A stretch of DNA of 62,879 nucleotides, the filler included, from Octopus bimaculoides (Eukaryota): assembly GCF_001194135.2 (NCBI RefSeq). It is 4 parts of 4 records of this genome, joined end to end, with 100 filler letters (N's around TTAATTAATTAA, not from the genome) between each part and the next. Parts side by side here need not be neighbours in the genome. Positions count along the whole stretch, not along the records: positions 1 to 18,060 come from NC_068998.1; positions 18,161 to 41,983 come from NC_068981.1; 2 more parts are not named here. One strand, written 5' to 3'. How positions within the stretch are numbered: position 1 is the stretch's first letter; every line of letters begins with the position of its first letter. Position numbers and translations under genes: made by a program. The notes below the pieces were generated by a model. It saw only the letters and a program-made list of their open reading frames with translations, made no database searches and was not told where the DNA came from. Positions 14,821 through 28,580 of the stretch are shown one piece after another.

Positions 14821-14924
14821 CTCTTTCCCTTAAAAAATGTGTCTTTAGTAAAACGAAACGTTATTATGTGTATGATGTCTTGGCTTTGCATTTATTTATG
14901 AAAGCTACACAAAAATCTCAACAA

Positions 14925-16790
14925 GAGACAGCATTTCTGGGTACGAGAGGTCACCCTGTTCATCATCTCTTCCCAATTGTTAACCACGTAGAGGTCCGGC
15001 CCAAGCCAGATCCCGAGCAATTTCACTGTCCCGGCCGTCCAGCGTCCGACAAGGCTGTCCGACTGCATCGATCTGCCTCTCCAGGTGCCCAGTTGCAATC
15101 CTACCGACTTGTCAGCACTGATTTTAATCCCTGCAACCGTCTCATGTTCCTTTACAACGGGGCCGACCGTCTCCACTTCGGAGGTGTCCGACACCATGAC
15201 GGTGACGTCATCTGCTTATGCAGACACTGCCCTCTCAAGTGGAGGTTGTCCTGGACAGTCCTACTCGGGATTACGCACATTTGGTCCTCTCTGACCAGAC
15301 TACCAATGATAAGCTCCAACTTTTTCGCTAACACTTGGCCAAAATCTTAAATTCTGTGTTTAGAAGACTTCTGGGCCGAAAATTCTCTAGTACGTCCCTA
15401 CTGTCGGCGTCCTTTCTCAGCAGCGTTACTCCACCCCGGCTAATAACACTAGGAATTCTCATTTTCTGCTGCCAGTTACTGCAGACATCTGCCAAGAGGG
15501 TCCCAGACAAATCTGGCATGAAAACATAGAATTCGTAGGGCAGACTATCTAAACCGGGCGATTTGCCACTTGTGCAATCGCTCATCGCCTCTTGTTTTTC
15601 AGAGGCCTTTCACAGAATCTCGCCTCTGACACCGAGAGTTGTAGTAGGCAGTCTAGGTATGAAGTAAAGTTCGCTACCATCGTCGACCCGTCAGCCTCCC
15701 CAAACAGCCACGCAAAGTGGTGATAGAAAGCCGCACACATATGCTCAGAACTGAGTAGCACGCTTCCGTCCTGATCTGTCAAAGTCTTGATCGTGCTTTG
15801 GTTTCCACGTCGCACCTATACTGTTCAGGACCTTCGTGTTTTAGTACACGAGCCTGACAAAACACCCTTCGTGTTTCGCCTCAAAGAAGTCGTCAAGGGC
15901 CCTTCTTGCCGCTAACACGTCGGTCGGGATGCCTTTACTAATAGCCTCTTTTAGTTTGCTAACTAGTTCACCCTCTAATCGATTTTTTTTTATTGCTAAA
16001 TATTTGTTAAACACTATCGATTCTATTCTAATCACTCTCTTCAGTTGCGATCCACGACCGGTTGTTGACGACAATCCCCGGCAACTGCCGTTTAACTAGT
16101 TCGCTAATCGGTTGCCTATATAAATCGACTGAGCATATCACAAATTTGTGATCTGTATAACCGACCAATTTAAATCATGGACAAGCTATGCTATCCCTAT
16201 CCTTTTACCTAACAAATACTCTATCTAAATACGATCTGGATGATCCGCTGTGGTTGCTCCATGTATACACTGGCACATCAGGGAAACCCAGTCGGTACCT
16301 ATCAGAAAGTGCGAAAACTCTAAGCAGTTTTTCGAATCTTTTACACCCCTTTCTACTGTGTACTAAATCCACACAGTCCTTCCATTCGTCCAAATAACAT
16401 TCCAGTCCCCCTCTAGTACTAAAGTGCGAGACGTTCCTAGGAATGATTCTAGACTCCTGAAGAAATCAGGTCTGCCAAGCCCTGTTGGAGCATAAACCGC
16501 CACTAGTCTAAAGCCCAGGACCACCAATATCATCCGGATCCAGGAAAACAGCCCTACTTGGAGATCTAAGGATTTTCGGAGTAGCACGTTACACCGCCAC
16601 CTGCTCTCGATATACCACAAGATGAGAGTACCTCGTAGTATTCGAAAATGGATGCTGGTGCGAGTTTTCCGGAAATCCTTGTTTCACTAATGGCAGCCAC
16701 GATCAGATAACTGAGCAAGTGACCTTGCTTCCAGGCTGATCCCAGGCCAGGCACATTTACACACCCCATTCTCAGCACAGCCATACTAGT
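14925..16790 (-). mobile_element. Degenerate L1/Tx1-clade LINE ORF2 (AP endonuclease plus partial RT)
   Basis: Endonuclease motifs MGCVNVPGL, AAISETR, VAVYAP, LEGDWN and YTW...RSYLDRVFV. RT motifs GKSPGLDSLPYEFY, NFRPRSLLNTEFKILAK and ADDVTV. Many stops and frameshifts; the mid-RT region is deleted. Confidence 0.9.
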
Positions 16791-17460
16791 CGGAGAAAGA
16801 AAAAAATGAGGAGGTTACTCACCATGGTTTTCAAGAGACCCGGAAGTTCCGGATTTCTGTACTGGCGAAAATTTTTTACAAGGCCTTTCCAACAGCTTTT
16901 ATCAACAGATTTTTTTTAAAATCCACACACTTCTTGGGAACTTTCTATCGTAGATTTATAAACGTCTGACGATGTTTTAATTAAGGGCCTGCCTTGGTGG
17001 TTTTGTGGATGAAATCCTCAAATTCCTTTCCCTCTGTCTCTATACTGTTTTTATTTTGATTTACAAAATCCATCAATTCACTGTAACACTTGTTCACAAC
17101 AGTGAAATTGTTGAATACATTTTGTTTACAGTCTGATGAATAATTTTGAAGATCTGTAATCGATTGTTCCCCGATTTCTTTAATTTCATGCTTTTGTTTA
17201 TGATGTGGCTGTTTTAAGTTATTGATTTTGTTTTTACAGTTTCTGTTGGAGTGGCTGTGAATTGTGTTGCAGTTGTTGTTTCAGAATACGTTTTTGTTGA
17301 TTTCTTAGAGTAGGGCTATGTACTCTCCACCTCTGTCACCTACCCCCTTCTGTGACTGTGGTCCATTGAGCGTTCAGCTCTTCCTTCTCCATGTCATTGC
17401 AGTTGATGTTGTTTTTGGAGGAAGAGCATTCCACTGCAGCATTCCACTGCAGCATTCCAC

Positions 17461-17660
17461 TGAAGAAGAAGAAGAAGAAGAAGAAGAAGAAGAAGAAGAA
17501 GAAGAAGAAGAAGAAGAAGAAGAAGAAGAAGAAGGAGGAGTAGGAGAAGAAGAAGAAGGAGGAGGAAGGGGAGGAGAAGAAGAAGAAGAAGAAGAAGAAG
17601 AAGAAGAAGAAGAAGAAGAAGAACAACAACAACAACAACAACAACAGCAACAGCAACAAT
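17461..17660. repeat. Compound (GAA)n/(GGA)n/(CAA)n microsatellite
   Basis: Direct reading. One example of the dozens of (CA)n, (TA)n, (TATC)n, (AAT)n, (GAT)n and (GTA)n tracts in the window. Confidence 0.95.
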
Positions 17661-17827
17661 AAGAATAATCCTTTCTGCTGTAGGCACATGGCTGAAACCA
17701 GATAGGAAAGGATTAAGTTGATTACATCGACCCCAGTGGGTAACAGGTACTTATTTAATCGACCCCGAAATGTAAAGTAAGCCTTGGGTAATTTGAACTT
17801 AGAACATAGGGACGGGCGAAATACCTA

Positions 17828-18058
17828 TTTCGTTATTGCCCACAAGGGGCTAAACATAGAGGGAACAAGCAAGAACAGACGAACGGATTAAGTCGATTAA
17901 ATCGACCCCAGTGCGTAACTGGTACTTAATTTATCGACCCCGAAAGGATGAAAGGCAAAGTCGACCTCGGCGGAATTTGAACTCAGAACGTAACGGCAGA
18001 CGAAATACCGCTAACCATTTCGCCTGGTGTGCTGACGTTTCTGCCAGCTCGCCGCCTT
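17828..18058 (-). mobile_element. SINE family A, full-length copy (head aaggcggcgagctggcag; core ctttgcctttcatcctttcggggtcgataaattaagtacc)
   Basis: tRNA-like head with B box gagttcaaattcc and a conserved central domain repeated more than 15 times in the window. Confidence 0.85.
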
Positions 18059-18160
18059 AANNNNNNNNNNNNNNNNNNNNNNNNNNNNNNNNNNNNNNNN
18101 NNNNTTAATTAATTAANNNNNNNNNNNNNNNNNNNNNNNNNNNNNNNNNNNNNNNNNNNN

Positions 18161-18400
18161 ACCCGCAAAATGGCTGAAGTTCAAAAGATAGTGCTCATGG
18201 GAACTGCCCATATCCTACGCAAAATACTGTCTATCTGATCTCAAATTTTAAAACATTATCTAGAACAACACTGTACAAATTCAAATACATGGTACCCTAG
18301 GCATAACACCTACATGAACTTCTAACTTGTTGTCTGTTGAGGTCTCTGGGTGAGACTTGGATCCAACTTGTACAAATGCAAAGCAAAAGTCAAACATAAA
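18161..18400 (+). mobile_element. 3' terminus of an REL-type non-LTR element (R4/Dong-like)
   Basis: AEVQKIVLMGTAHILRKILSI* C-terminal motif, then a UTR and (AAT)n. Confidence 0.6.
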
Positions 18401-18555
18401 ATAATAATAATAATCCTTTTTACTAAAGGTACAAGGCTTGAAATTTTGGGGAGGGAATTAGTCAAATATATCGACTCCAGTGCGTAACTGGTAGATATTT
18501 CATCGAGCCCGAAAGGATAAAAATCAAACCTCGGCGGAATTTGAACTCAGAACTT

Positions 18556-19015
18556 CCTTGTCTTTCTGTCTAAGCTGTTTAGATCGTCTACTGTCCATGC
18601 GATTGCCCATGCACCACAACTAAGGAGTGGAACCGCCCAGGTGTTGATAGCTTCAATCTTATTCCGTTCGTTTAATTTCGACTTAAGGATCAGTCTCGGT
18701 CTGCGTAAGTACTCCACCTTAAATTTTTCTGTCATTTCTTTCTCCATCAATTTATCCATTTCCAAAATCCCCAAGTACTTATAGCCCATCGCTTCTATCT
18801 GCTTCATAATCACCCCCGACAGTATCGCTAGCCCGTCCATACATTTTATTTTGCCTCTCTTCAAGAATAACACACCACATTGTTTCAGTTCAAATTTCAT
18901 TCTGATATCAGCACTGAAATTATACACAGTATCAACGAGGGAACTGACTTGGGATTCATCTCTACCATAAAGTCTGAGGTCATCAATGAATAACAAGTGG
19001 TGGACTTTTGTGTTT
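18556..19015 (-). mobile_element. R4/Dong-clade non-LTR retrotransposon RT fragment (inverted portion)
   Basis: HLLFIDDLRLYGRDESQVSSLVDTV...KYLGILE...KLNERNKIEAINTWAVP, matching R4/Dong RT motifs 5-7. Confidence 0.85.
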
Positions 19016-19515
19016 GGATGTGATACACCAAAAAATTGCTACGAACATAAACCCAAAGGTATCATCGAAAATGACAATGCAAAGGTCCTATGGGATTTTA
19101 TGATTCAATGCGACCATGAGATAAAGAATAGGAACCAGACATAGTGTTAATATAAAAAGAAAGCAAACGATGTTGGATCATAGATGTAGCATGCCCAGCT
19201 GACAACAAGGTATGCGATAAGTAAGAAAGAAAAGTCGATAGATATGACAGGTTAGTTTGGGAGGTTAAGCAATTGTGGTCGATGAAAAAGGTGGTAGTTG
19301 TACCAATAGTTGTTGGAGCCCTGGGAGCAGTGAGAAATATCTTGAAAATTACATGGAACAAATAGGGGCTGCAATAAGGGTGAAGCACTTGCAGAAAACA
19401 GCTCGAATACTCTGCAAGGTGCTAGAAAAAAAAGGGGTGTTACTTTAGTTCACAAGTAGTGAACAGCTGACACCGTAATATATCTCAAGCATTAGAAGCT
19501 GCGCAAAGCCAATAA
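19016..19515 (+). mobile_element. R4/Dong-clade restriction-like endonuclease and 3' end
   Basis: YEHKPKGIIENDNAKVLWDFMIQCDHEI..PDIV...CWIIDVACP...KVDRYDRL...VVPIVVGALG (REL PD..D motif), followed by a 3' UTR and (AAT)n. Confidence 0.85.
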
Positions 19516-19544
19516 ATAATAATAATGATAATAATAATAATAAT

Positions 19545-19760
19545 CCTTTCTACTGGAAGTACAAAGCCTCAAATTTGAGAGAAGGGATTAAATTGATTAC
19601 ATCGACCTCAGTTCGTAACTGGTACTTATTTAATCGACCTCGACCAGGATGAAAGGCAAAGTCGGCCTTGGCAGAATTTGAACGCGAGAACGTAGCGGCA
19701 GACGAAATACCGCGAAACATTTCGCCCGGCGTGCTAACGATTCTGCCAGTTCACCGCCTT
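19545..19760 (-). mobile_element. SINE family A copy
   Basis: Alignable by eye to 17828-18058. Confidence 0.85.
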
Positions 19761-19794
19761 AATAAAAAAAAAAAATTTTTTTTTAATAAATAAA

Positions 19795-19854
<60 letters not shown>

Positions 19855-19881
19855 NNNNNNNNNNTAATAATAATAATAATA

Positions 19882-19915
<34 letters not shown>

Positions 19916-20802
19916 CAACAATAGTAGTAGTAGTGATAATAATAATAACAATAGTAGTAGTAGTAATAATAATAATAACAATAGTAGTAGTAGTAATAAT
20001 AATAATAACAATAGTAGTAGTAGTAGTATTAGTAATAATAATAATAAGTTTACGACTATTATTGTTGCTTAAGGAACATTGAAATTCAGTTCTAAACGAC
20101 TGTCTTGAAAATTTACTCACTATATTATTTTCAGAGTTCGAAAAAAAAGTCTTCAAACCATTTCATTGCTTATGTCTGAGTGCTAAAAATAATCATGATA
20201 TTTAACGAAATCTTATTTCATTACCAAAATGTTATTTTTCTTCTAAATCAATACCATAAAGATATGATCATAATTAATATTTATTTAACTTCACTTATCA
20301 GCAGACCAAATATTGATATGCTCCACCATTTGAAGTTTATAGGAATTATTTGAGGCCATTTATAGAATTTTGTCTTAAAAGTAAATTTACACAGAAAGAT
20401 AATTGAATAATCAATGTTTTAAATATTTATATTTTTCTTTCGATATCAATTTAGAGAGAAGGTATCATATGTTTTTGTTGTTGTTGTTGTTTTGTTACTG
20501 TTTATTGTTTTTTGTTTCCTTTTTTGTTAATGGGTGAGGAGTGAGAGTTCTGAATAAATATTTTAAATGTTCATCATAAGTTAAAACTATTTAATGTTTT
20601 CAGTTATTTCTATGACTGCAAATCACTTTCTTTCAATAAATATAATTTTGAAAATCAATCAATCACATAATATCAAATCTATAATCACTTCTTTAACTTT
20701 TTCTTTATCTCATGCGTCCTTCCATGGGTGATGGACTAAATAATAACCAGAACAGTGACTATTTAAATTTTATGTACCTTGTTTTTACCATTGTAAATGG
20801 AG

Positions 20803-21191
20803 TTGTTGTTGTTGGCACTCCGTCGTAAGCGATGTCGAGGGTTCCAGTTGATCCGACCAACGGAACAGCCTGCTCGTGAAATTAACGTGCCAGTGGCTGA
20901 GCACTCCACATACACGTATACCCTTAACGTAGTTCTCGGGGATATTCAGCGTGACACAGTGTGACAAGGCTGACCCTTTGAATTACAGGTACAACAGAAA
21001 CAGGAAGTAAGAGTGAGAGAAAGTTGTGGTAAAAGAGTACAGCAGAGTTCGCCACCATCCCCTGCCGGATCCTCGTGGAGCCTTAGGTATTTTCGCTCAA
21101 TAAACACTCACAACGCCCGGTCTGGGAATCGAAGCCGTGATCCTATGACCGCGAGTCCGCTGCCCTCATCACTAAGCCATTGCGCCTCCAC
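20803..21191 (-). mobile_element. Full-length tRNA-derived SINE with target-site duplication
   Basis: The minus strand begins GTGGAGGCGCAATGGCTTAGTGATGAGGGCAGCGGACTCGCGG...GGCTTCGATTCCC (Pol III A and B boxes) and ends in (CAA)n. An 11-bp TSD tgtaaat(g/t)gag lies at 20792-20802 and 21192-21202. Consistent with octopus tRNA-derived SINEs. Confidence 0.9.
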
Positions 21192-22285
21192 TGTAAATTG
21201 AGTAAACATTAATCAATTATACACTTGACCTGGACAAGATTGTAAACTCCATCCAGTGGTGAGGCTCACGTTTAGGAATTTAGCATTGAATGGATTTAGA
21301 GTTTAGTCGCTTGATCCATGCCCGCTCTTATTTGGAGTAGCAGTACCTGTTAAAGAAACAAGTTTTGAATCAAATAGTGCTCTGCGCAATATAAGCATAA
21401 AGATGTGGCTAATTCATACAAGATTCTGAGAAGATTGGTCCCTGGACAATTTTAAATACACACAAACCTGTGTGTGAACATGCTCTGCCCTTATGTGAAC
21501 AAGTTCCTTGCCTAAGGATTAATAAAGTAGATCCTGTGCCTCATGAAAGCTGGAGACAACCAGGGTGAACTTTAAGTAAACCAACATAAGATTCCAGTAT
21601 AAATGTCTAAATCAGTCTTTGTGACACTATCCTGAATATCATAGGCGATGGAATGGGATCTACACAGGACTATCAACCTTATAAACATTGTCCCTTTTTA
21701 AACATATTCTTCAAAAAGGTGGGATTTACATAAAAGACGTCACAAAGCTACAATACCCTTTACATTCATGCTCTTCTTTAAAGAACATCAAAACGTTCAA
21801 AACTACGGTTATAACAAGCTAGTCTTCTTTAACACCACCAAATAAGTAGCACTGAAAAATAATAGTTTATCTAATTGCTATAAGGTCAGAAATTACTTTG
21901 AGGAGAAGGAAGGAAAGTTCAAATGTATTAACTCCAGTGCTTGAGTGATGCAACTACTTATTTTATTGAAAGGGAAATGATGACAAGCGAAGACAACTCC
22001 CATCTGGGTTTTGACTCAGTGCATACGAATATCACAAGATTATTTGTCTGACATTGCAACGATTCTGCTTATCACTTCGTATATGTGGGTCTATATGCGT
22101 GTGTTGTGTGTGTATCTGTATCGAGTAGGTAATACAGACACTAGGAGGAAAACAACACTCAGTGAGTTTAATTCATGATTGTAACAGTTGGGATTTACGT
22201 TTGGTAATGTGCGCTTCGTATCCAATCTCAAGATCGGAAGCGTGACATTTAAAGGACATTAGTTTAACGTACTAGTGAATACAAT

Positions 22286-22319
<34 letters not shown>

Positions 22320-22923
22320 CACATTTTTGGCTGTATGCAAGTGTGTATGTATCNNNNNNNNNNNNNNNNNNNNNNNNNNNNNNNNNNNNNNNNNNNNNNN
22401 NNNNNNNNNNNNNNNNNNNNNNNNNNNNNNNNNNNNNNNNNNNNNNNNNNNNNNNNNNNNNNNNNNNNNNNNNNNNNNNNNNNNNNNNNNNNNNNNNNNN
22501 NNNNNNNNNNNNNNNNNNNNNNNNNNNNNNNNNNNNNNNNNNNNNNNNNNNNNNNNNNNNNNNNNNNNNNNNNNNNNNNNNNNNNNNNNNNNNNNNNNNN
22601 NNNNNNNNNNNNNNNNNNNNNNNNNNNNNNNNNNNNNNNNNNNNNNNNNNNNNNNNNNNNNNNNNNNNNNNNNNNNNNNNNNNNNNNNNNNNNNNNNNNN
22701 NNNNNNNNNNNNNNNNNNNNNNNNNNNNNNNNNNNNNNNNNNNNNNNNNNNNNNNNNNNNNNNNNNNNNNNNNNNNNNNNNNNNNNNNNNNNNNNNNNNN
22801 NNNNNNNNNNNNNNNNNNNNNNNNNNNNNNNNNNNNNNNNNNNNNNNNNNNNNNNNNNNNNNNNNNNNNNNNNNNNNNNNNNNNNNNNNNNNNNNNNNNN
22901 NNNNNNNNNNNNNNNNNNNNNNN

Positions 22924-22960
<37 letters not shown>

Positions 22961-23326
22961 TGCATATATATATATATATATTTATACACACATACATACA
23001 TACATACTTATACAAAGGAGACAATGTAAATTTTCTTTTCTTTATGAAATGGAAATTTATAATATGGAAAACTATTATATAAAGATAATTGTTTTTATTG
23101 TTTCTTCGAAAAAGTTTACAAATTATATTGTTTTGTTAGAGAAGAAAATTAATTTTTAAATATTATGATTGATTTTGTATTTATTGTGTTTCTACTTATT
23201 TGTTTCTGTTTATTCCGATTAAATGAATTAGTTTTGTATTAAAATAATTTCACAAACGTTACACGTAATTTATTGTCCAATATCTTCAGGTCACCTAACT
23301 TTTTATGTTTAATATTTTATATCTGT

Positions 23327-24725
23327 AAGGTGGCGAGCTGGCAAATTCGTTAGCACACCGCGCAAAATGCTTAGCGGCATTCCGTCTGTCTTTACGTTCT
23401 GAGTTCAAATTCCGCCAAGGTTGATTTTGCTTTTCATGTTTTCGGGGTCAATTGAATAAGTACCAGTTACGCACTGAGGTCGATGTAATTGACTTAATCC
23501 TTTTGTCTGTATTTATTTGTCCCCTCTAGGTTTAGCTCCTTGTGGGCAATAAAGAAATAAATATTTTCTGTGTGTAAGACTGCGAGCTGGCAGATTCGCT
23601 AGCACGCCGGATAAAATGCTTGGCGCCATTTCATCCGTCTCTACCTTCTAAGTTCAAATTCCGCCCAGGTCGACTTTGCTTTTCATCCTTCGGGGTCAAT
23701 AATTTAAGTGCCATTTGCGAACTGGGGTCGATCTAACCGACAGGCACCCTCCGTAAAAATTTCGGGCCTTGTGCCCTTCNNNNNNNNNNNNNNNNNNNNN
23801 NNNNNNNNNNNNNNNNNNNNNNNNNNNNNNNNNNNNNNNNNNNNNNNNNNNNNNNNNNNNNNNNNNNNNNNNNNNNNNNNNNNNNNNNNNNNNNNNNNNN
23901 NNNNNNNNNNNNNNNNNNNNNNNNNNNNNNNNNNNNNNNNNNNNNNNNNNNNNNNNNNNNNNNNNNNNNNNNNNNNNNNNNNNNNNNNNNNNNNNNNNNN
24001 NNNNNNNNNNNNNNNNNNNNNNNNNNNNNNNNNNNNNNNNNNNNNNNNNNNNNNNNNNNNNNNNNNNNNNNNNNNNNNNNNNNNNNNNNNNNNNNNNNNN
24101 NNNNNNNNNNNNNNNNNNNNNNNNNNNNNNNNNNNNNNNNNNNNNNNNNNNNNNNNNNNNNNNNNNNNNNNNNNNNNNNNNNNNNNNNNNNNNNNNNNNN
24201 NNNNNNNNNNNNNNNNNNNNNNNNNNNNNNNNNNNNNNNNNNNNNNNNNNNNNNNNNNNNNNNNNNNNNNNNNNNNNNNNNNNNNNNNNNNNNNNNNNNN
24301 NNNNNNNNNNNNNNNNNNNNNNNNNNNNNNNNNNNNNNNNNNNNNNNNNNNNNNNNNNNNNNNNNNNNNNNNNNNNNNNNNNNNNNNNNNNNNNNNNNNN
24401 NNNNNNNNNNNNNNNNNNNNNNNNNNNNNNNNNNNNNNNNNNNNNNNNNNNNNNNNNNNNNNNNNNNNNNNNNNNNNNNNNNNNNNNNNNNNNNNNNNNN
24501 GAGCGAAATTGCCGCCCTTAAAGTGGCGTGCTGGCAGAATTGTAAGCACCTTGGGCAAAATTCTTAGCGGCATTTTGTCCGTCTTCACATTCTGAGTTCA
24601 AATTCTGCCATGGTCGACCTTGCCTTTCATCCTTTGGGGGTCGATAAAAGAATTACCAGTTGAGCACTGAGGTCGATGTAATCGACTCCCCCTCCTCCCC
24701 CGAACTGTGGTCTTTGAAACCAATA
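23327..24725 (+). mobile_element. Tandem SINE family A copies (23327-23557, 23576-23779, 24520-24725; gap between)
   Basis: Three head-to-tail copies of the same head and core. Confidence 0.8.
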
Positions 24726-25884
24726 TTTTCTGTCTGGTCTAACGGTTAGGAAGTTCGGCTCACAATCATAAGATTTTTTAATTCCCGGACCGGGACGGTG
24801 TGAACAAATGCATGGTACATGTTTCCAAGCGATACTGGCTCGTGATTGATGAGTTGTTGCACTTTACTACTTCCAGGATATATTTTCCTAGTTCTGTGTT
24901 ACTCTTTTTATTCTAAGTGCTCCATTCATTTCTATTTGAGGAATAAATCTATTCTTTGATGTACCTTGAGGGTAAAATTATTCTCAAGTATTCAGTGCGG
25001 GAATATAATGATCCAGCAACTATTTCCGTATAAACGTTTTTATTTTATTAAGTGACGATGGTCAGCAAGAAACAGCGAACTACGAAAACTCGTTTTTCTG
25101 AAGATTGTTGTACATTGTTCTGGCTAAGCTCTGAATTGTTTGAACATTCTATAATACATTTTTAGATATTTTGTTGATAACATTTAAATACAAAGAAACA
25201 AAGAAACAGATAAAGAAAAACGAAGAAAAATACTATGCCTATCAGCAAATGTATTCCAGCTATAGACATGCCGTCTTGTTCTTTGAAGTATGCACTTAAT
25301 GTAACAATATTCAAGACCTGAAAGAATGTAATTTGAAGAAATTTAGTTACTGTGTCATATCTTCTTGTTAACTCCTTTATATACTTCCATAAATCTTTGT
25401 AAGGGAGAATTTTTATGAATGATAGTATTCTAGCATTTTTGGTTGTTAGACTGGTTTCAAATATTCGGACTAGGCCAGTAATCCTAAGTGGGAAATTTAG
25501 TTGATTATATCGACCGCAGTGCTCATCTGGTACTTATTTTATCAATTCCATAGTGATGAATGGCAAATTCAGCCTCGACGGAATTTGAACTCGGAATATA
25601 ATTAGCCACACTAACAACCGATGATACAAATAAATAACAGTAACTCATTGGTTCGTAAAGGTACTTACCCCTCCTTTCCCGGACCAGCCTCCTCTGATCC
25701 AACGATTGAACTAATTACTGGACAATTAATAATCAGAGATATTCATCAATAACTGATCAACCATTTTTATTTGCAGTTGATACCAATAAGATCCAAGTAT
25801 TTTTGAAGTTACAATAAACGAAGGAATAGTTAGACGATCTTGAGAATTATACACACACACACATACACTCCACGTGTGTGTGTG

Positions 25885-25976
<92 letters not shown>

Positions 25977-26189
25977 TGAATGAAAGTTATTTGCAACAGA
26001 AGTACTGTCACTTGTTAAAACTACGTTATTTTCGCGCTTGTATATAATTGCACATTTAGCCTCACAATTGTGTTCACGCAAGTTATTAGTATATAAGCAT
26101 ATGCACACACGCAGTTGTGCGTTTATGAGTGTATGTATACGTGTGTTTGTGTGTGTGTGGGTGGCTGTGTATATGTTTGTGTACGTGTT

Positions 26190-26236
<47 letters not shown>

Positions 26237-26947
26237 AAACATATAATTATACATACATAAACATGTACACACATATCCACATACAAACATATATACTTAT
26301 TCAGATACTCATTTACTACGTTCGCACACTCCCACCTACTTGCACACAACCTCTGCAAAAGCAAACACACATATCTCCTAGCAAACACACGCATACACCA
26401 GCATACAACCATCTATACATACATTCAATCATACGTACATACATACATACATACTTACATATATATAAGTACATACATATTTACATACATACACCCGCAT
26501 ACATACACAGTCCATTTATTTCCTTCAATTTAGCTTAGAACTAGATTATAGAATCATAATTTCGCCTTCCTGATTCTATTATTACCAAGGGAATCATTAT
26601 TTAAGGTTCGTGCAGAATGTAACTTTAGAGAAACCTTTAAAAACCTATTAACTATCTAGTTCAAACAAGGATGAATTATGAAACCATTGAATATCCACAT
26701 TTAAATTCTAACACAAGTTCTTGCATTAGAGTAATTCTGCAGCAATTTATTCAGTACGTGACCAAATATGAGGTCATGAATGATAAAGAACCACGTGTCA
26801 TTTGGACCTATCCACGACCTAGCTTTCTATCTGCATTGTAGCTGAAACACTTTCTATACACTGTTAATGCTAATAAGCAAGGAATTCCAACTACGCATAC
26901 TGTAACCAATAAATAATGTGTCTCTCTCACCTAAATGAAGCAATAAT

Positions 26948-27162
26948 CCTTTTTACTATAGGCACAAGGCCTGGTATTTGTGGGGAGGGGGAATAGTGGA
27001 TTACATCGATACCAGTACTTGACTGGATCTTAATTTATCGACCCCGAAAAGATGAAAGGCAAAGTCGAGCTCGGCGGAATTTGAACTCAGAACGTAAAGA
27101 CAGACAAAATATTGCTAAGCATTTCGCCCGACGTGCTAACGAATCTGCCAGCTCGCCGCCTT
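26948..27162 (-). mobile_element. SINE family A copy
   Basis: Near-complete match to the family consensus. Confidence 0.85.
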
Positions 27163-27728
27163 AAAACGAAGTAATGATAAATTAGACAAATGCATTCAGG
27201 GTCGACTCTACCTTTCTCATTCTTCCAAAGTCGGTAACAAACTGGCGTAAGATCGTGGTTTTGATTCAGGGTAGAGCGTTATGTTCTTGAGCAAGACTTT
27301 TCATTTCACATTGCTCCAGTCCACTCGATTGTAAATTAGCTCAAATAGAACCTGGGAATTAACCCTGCGACGAACTGTGGTTCCGTTCAGGAGAAGAGAG
27401 TTTGATAATTTCAAAATCAATTATACGTCATGCGTCTTGGGGCTGAAAAGAAGGCGCTTGACCTAGTTGTAGGGTGTTGAACTCACGGTCGAAACTCGTC
27501 GCTTCGGTTCTCGGTCCTGGCAATGCGTTGTGTTCTAAAGAAAAAAGACTTTATTTCACACAGCTCCAGATCCTTCAGCTGTAAACACGTAACCTGCGAC
27601 GGATGGCGTCCCATTCGAGGGAAATATCATGATCTCAGTCATATATATGCTATGGAAACCGGGCAACCAGCCCTGTGAGCCCTGGAATGGAACTCGAGAC
27701 AGTAATATTCCGGGGTTGTTGTTGTTGT

Positions 27729-27761
<33 letters not shown>

Positions 27762-28216
27762 CGACGACGACGACGACGACGATGATGATGATGATGATGT
27801 TGATGAATATTAGAGTCACCGCAGTTCATAAAATTCACACCTACCACCCCCAAAATACTTCGGAACATTTTGCTTATGCCAGAAATCTACCTCACCAGTC
27901 GCCTGATTCAGAAAAAACATTTTTAGTTCTACATGCACAGGCTTGTCTATACGGCTAAGAAGTTCGCTTCACAACCACGTCATTTCGGGTTCAGTGTCAC
28001 TGTGTGGCACATTGGACGTGTGTCTTGTACTAAAGTCTCGGACTGCTGTAGATGAATTTGGTAGACGGAAACATAATGGGAGCCCTTCACATCCCCAAAC
28101 ATACTTACACACATATCTATGTATATTTTGATGCGAGAGTTTCTTCCGCGGATGTCACAAATCAGCTAAACACTGCTTGCTTGACACTTTTACGTTGCCT
28201 AATAATTATTATTATC

Positions 28217-28580
28217 AAGGCGGCAAGCTGACAGAATCGTTAGTACACTGGGCAAAATGCTTCGCGGCATTGCGTCTGTTTTTACGTTCTGTGTTCAAAT
28301 TCCGCCGAGGTCGACTTTGCATTTCATTCTTTCGGGGTCGATAAAATAAGTACCAGTTGAACACTGGAGTCGAAGTGATCGACTTGTCTCCTCCCACAAA
28401 AATTCAGGCCTTGTGCCTTTTGTAGAAAGAATTATTATTAAAGTGGCAAACTGACGGAATCGTTAGCACACAAGGCAAAATGCTTCGCGGCATTTCGTCC
28501 GTCTTTACGTTCTAAGTTCAAATTCTGCCGAGGTCGACTTTGTATTTCATTCTTTCGGGATCGATAAAATAATTACCAGT
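28217..28580 (+). mobile_element. Two tandem SINE family A copies
   Basis: 28217-28430 and 28440-28580, separated by attattatt. Confidence 0.85.

Noticed and set aside
17318-17689. Poly-E/poly-Q, poly-F and poly-L ORFs
   Set aside because: They are read from a (GAA)n(CAA)n microsatellite, with no splice or domain support.
18105-18116. TTAATTAATTAA islands inside N runs (also 42028-42039 and 59681-59692)
   Set aside because: An identical motif embedded in gaps is an assembly or scaffolding spacer, not biological sequence.
21115-21191. tRNA-like sequence as a tRNA gene
   Set aside because: It is the head of a SINE with body, tail and TSD, and it lacks a proper acceptor stem.
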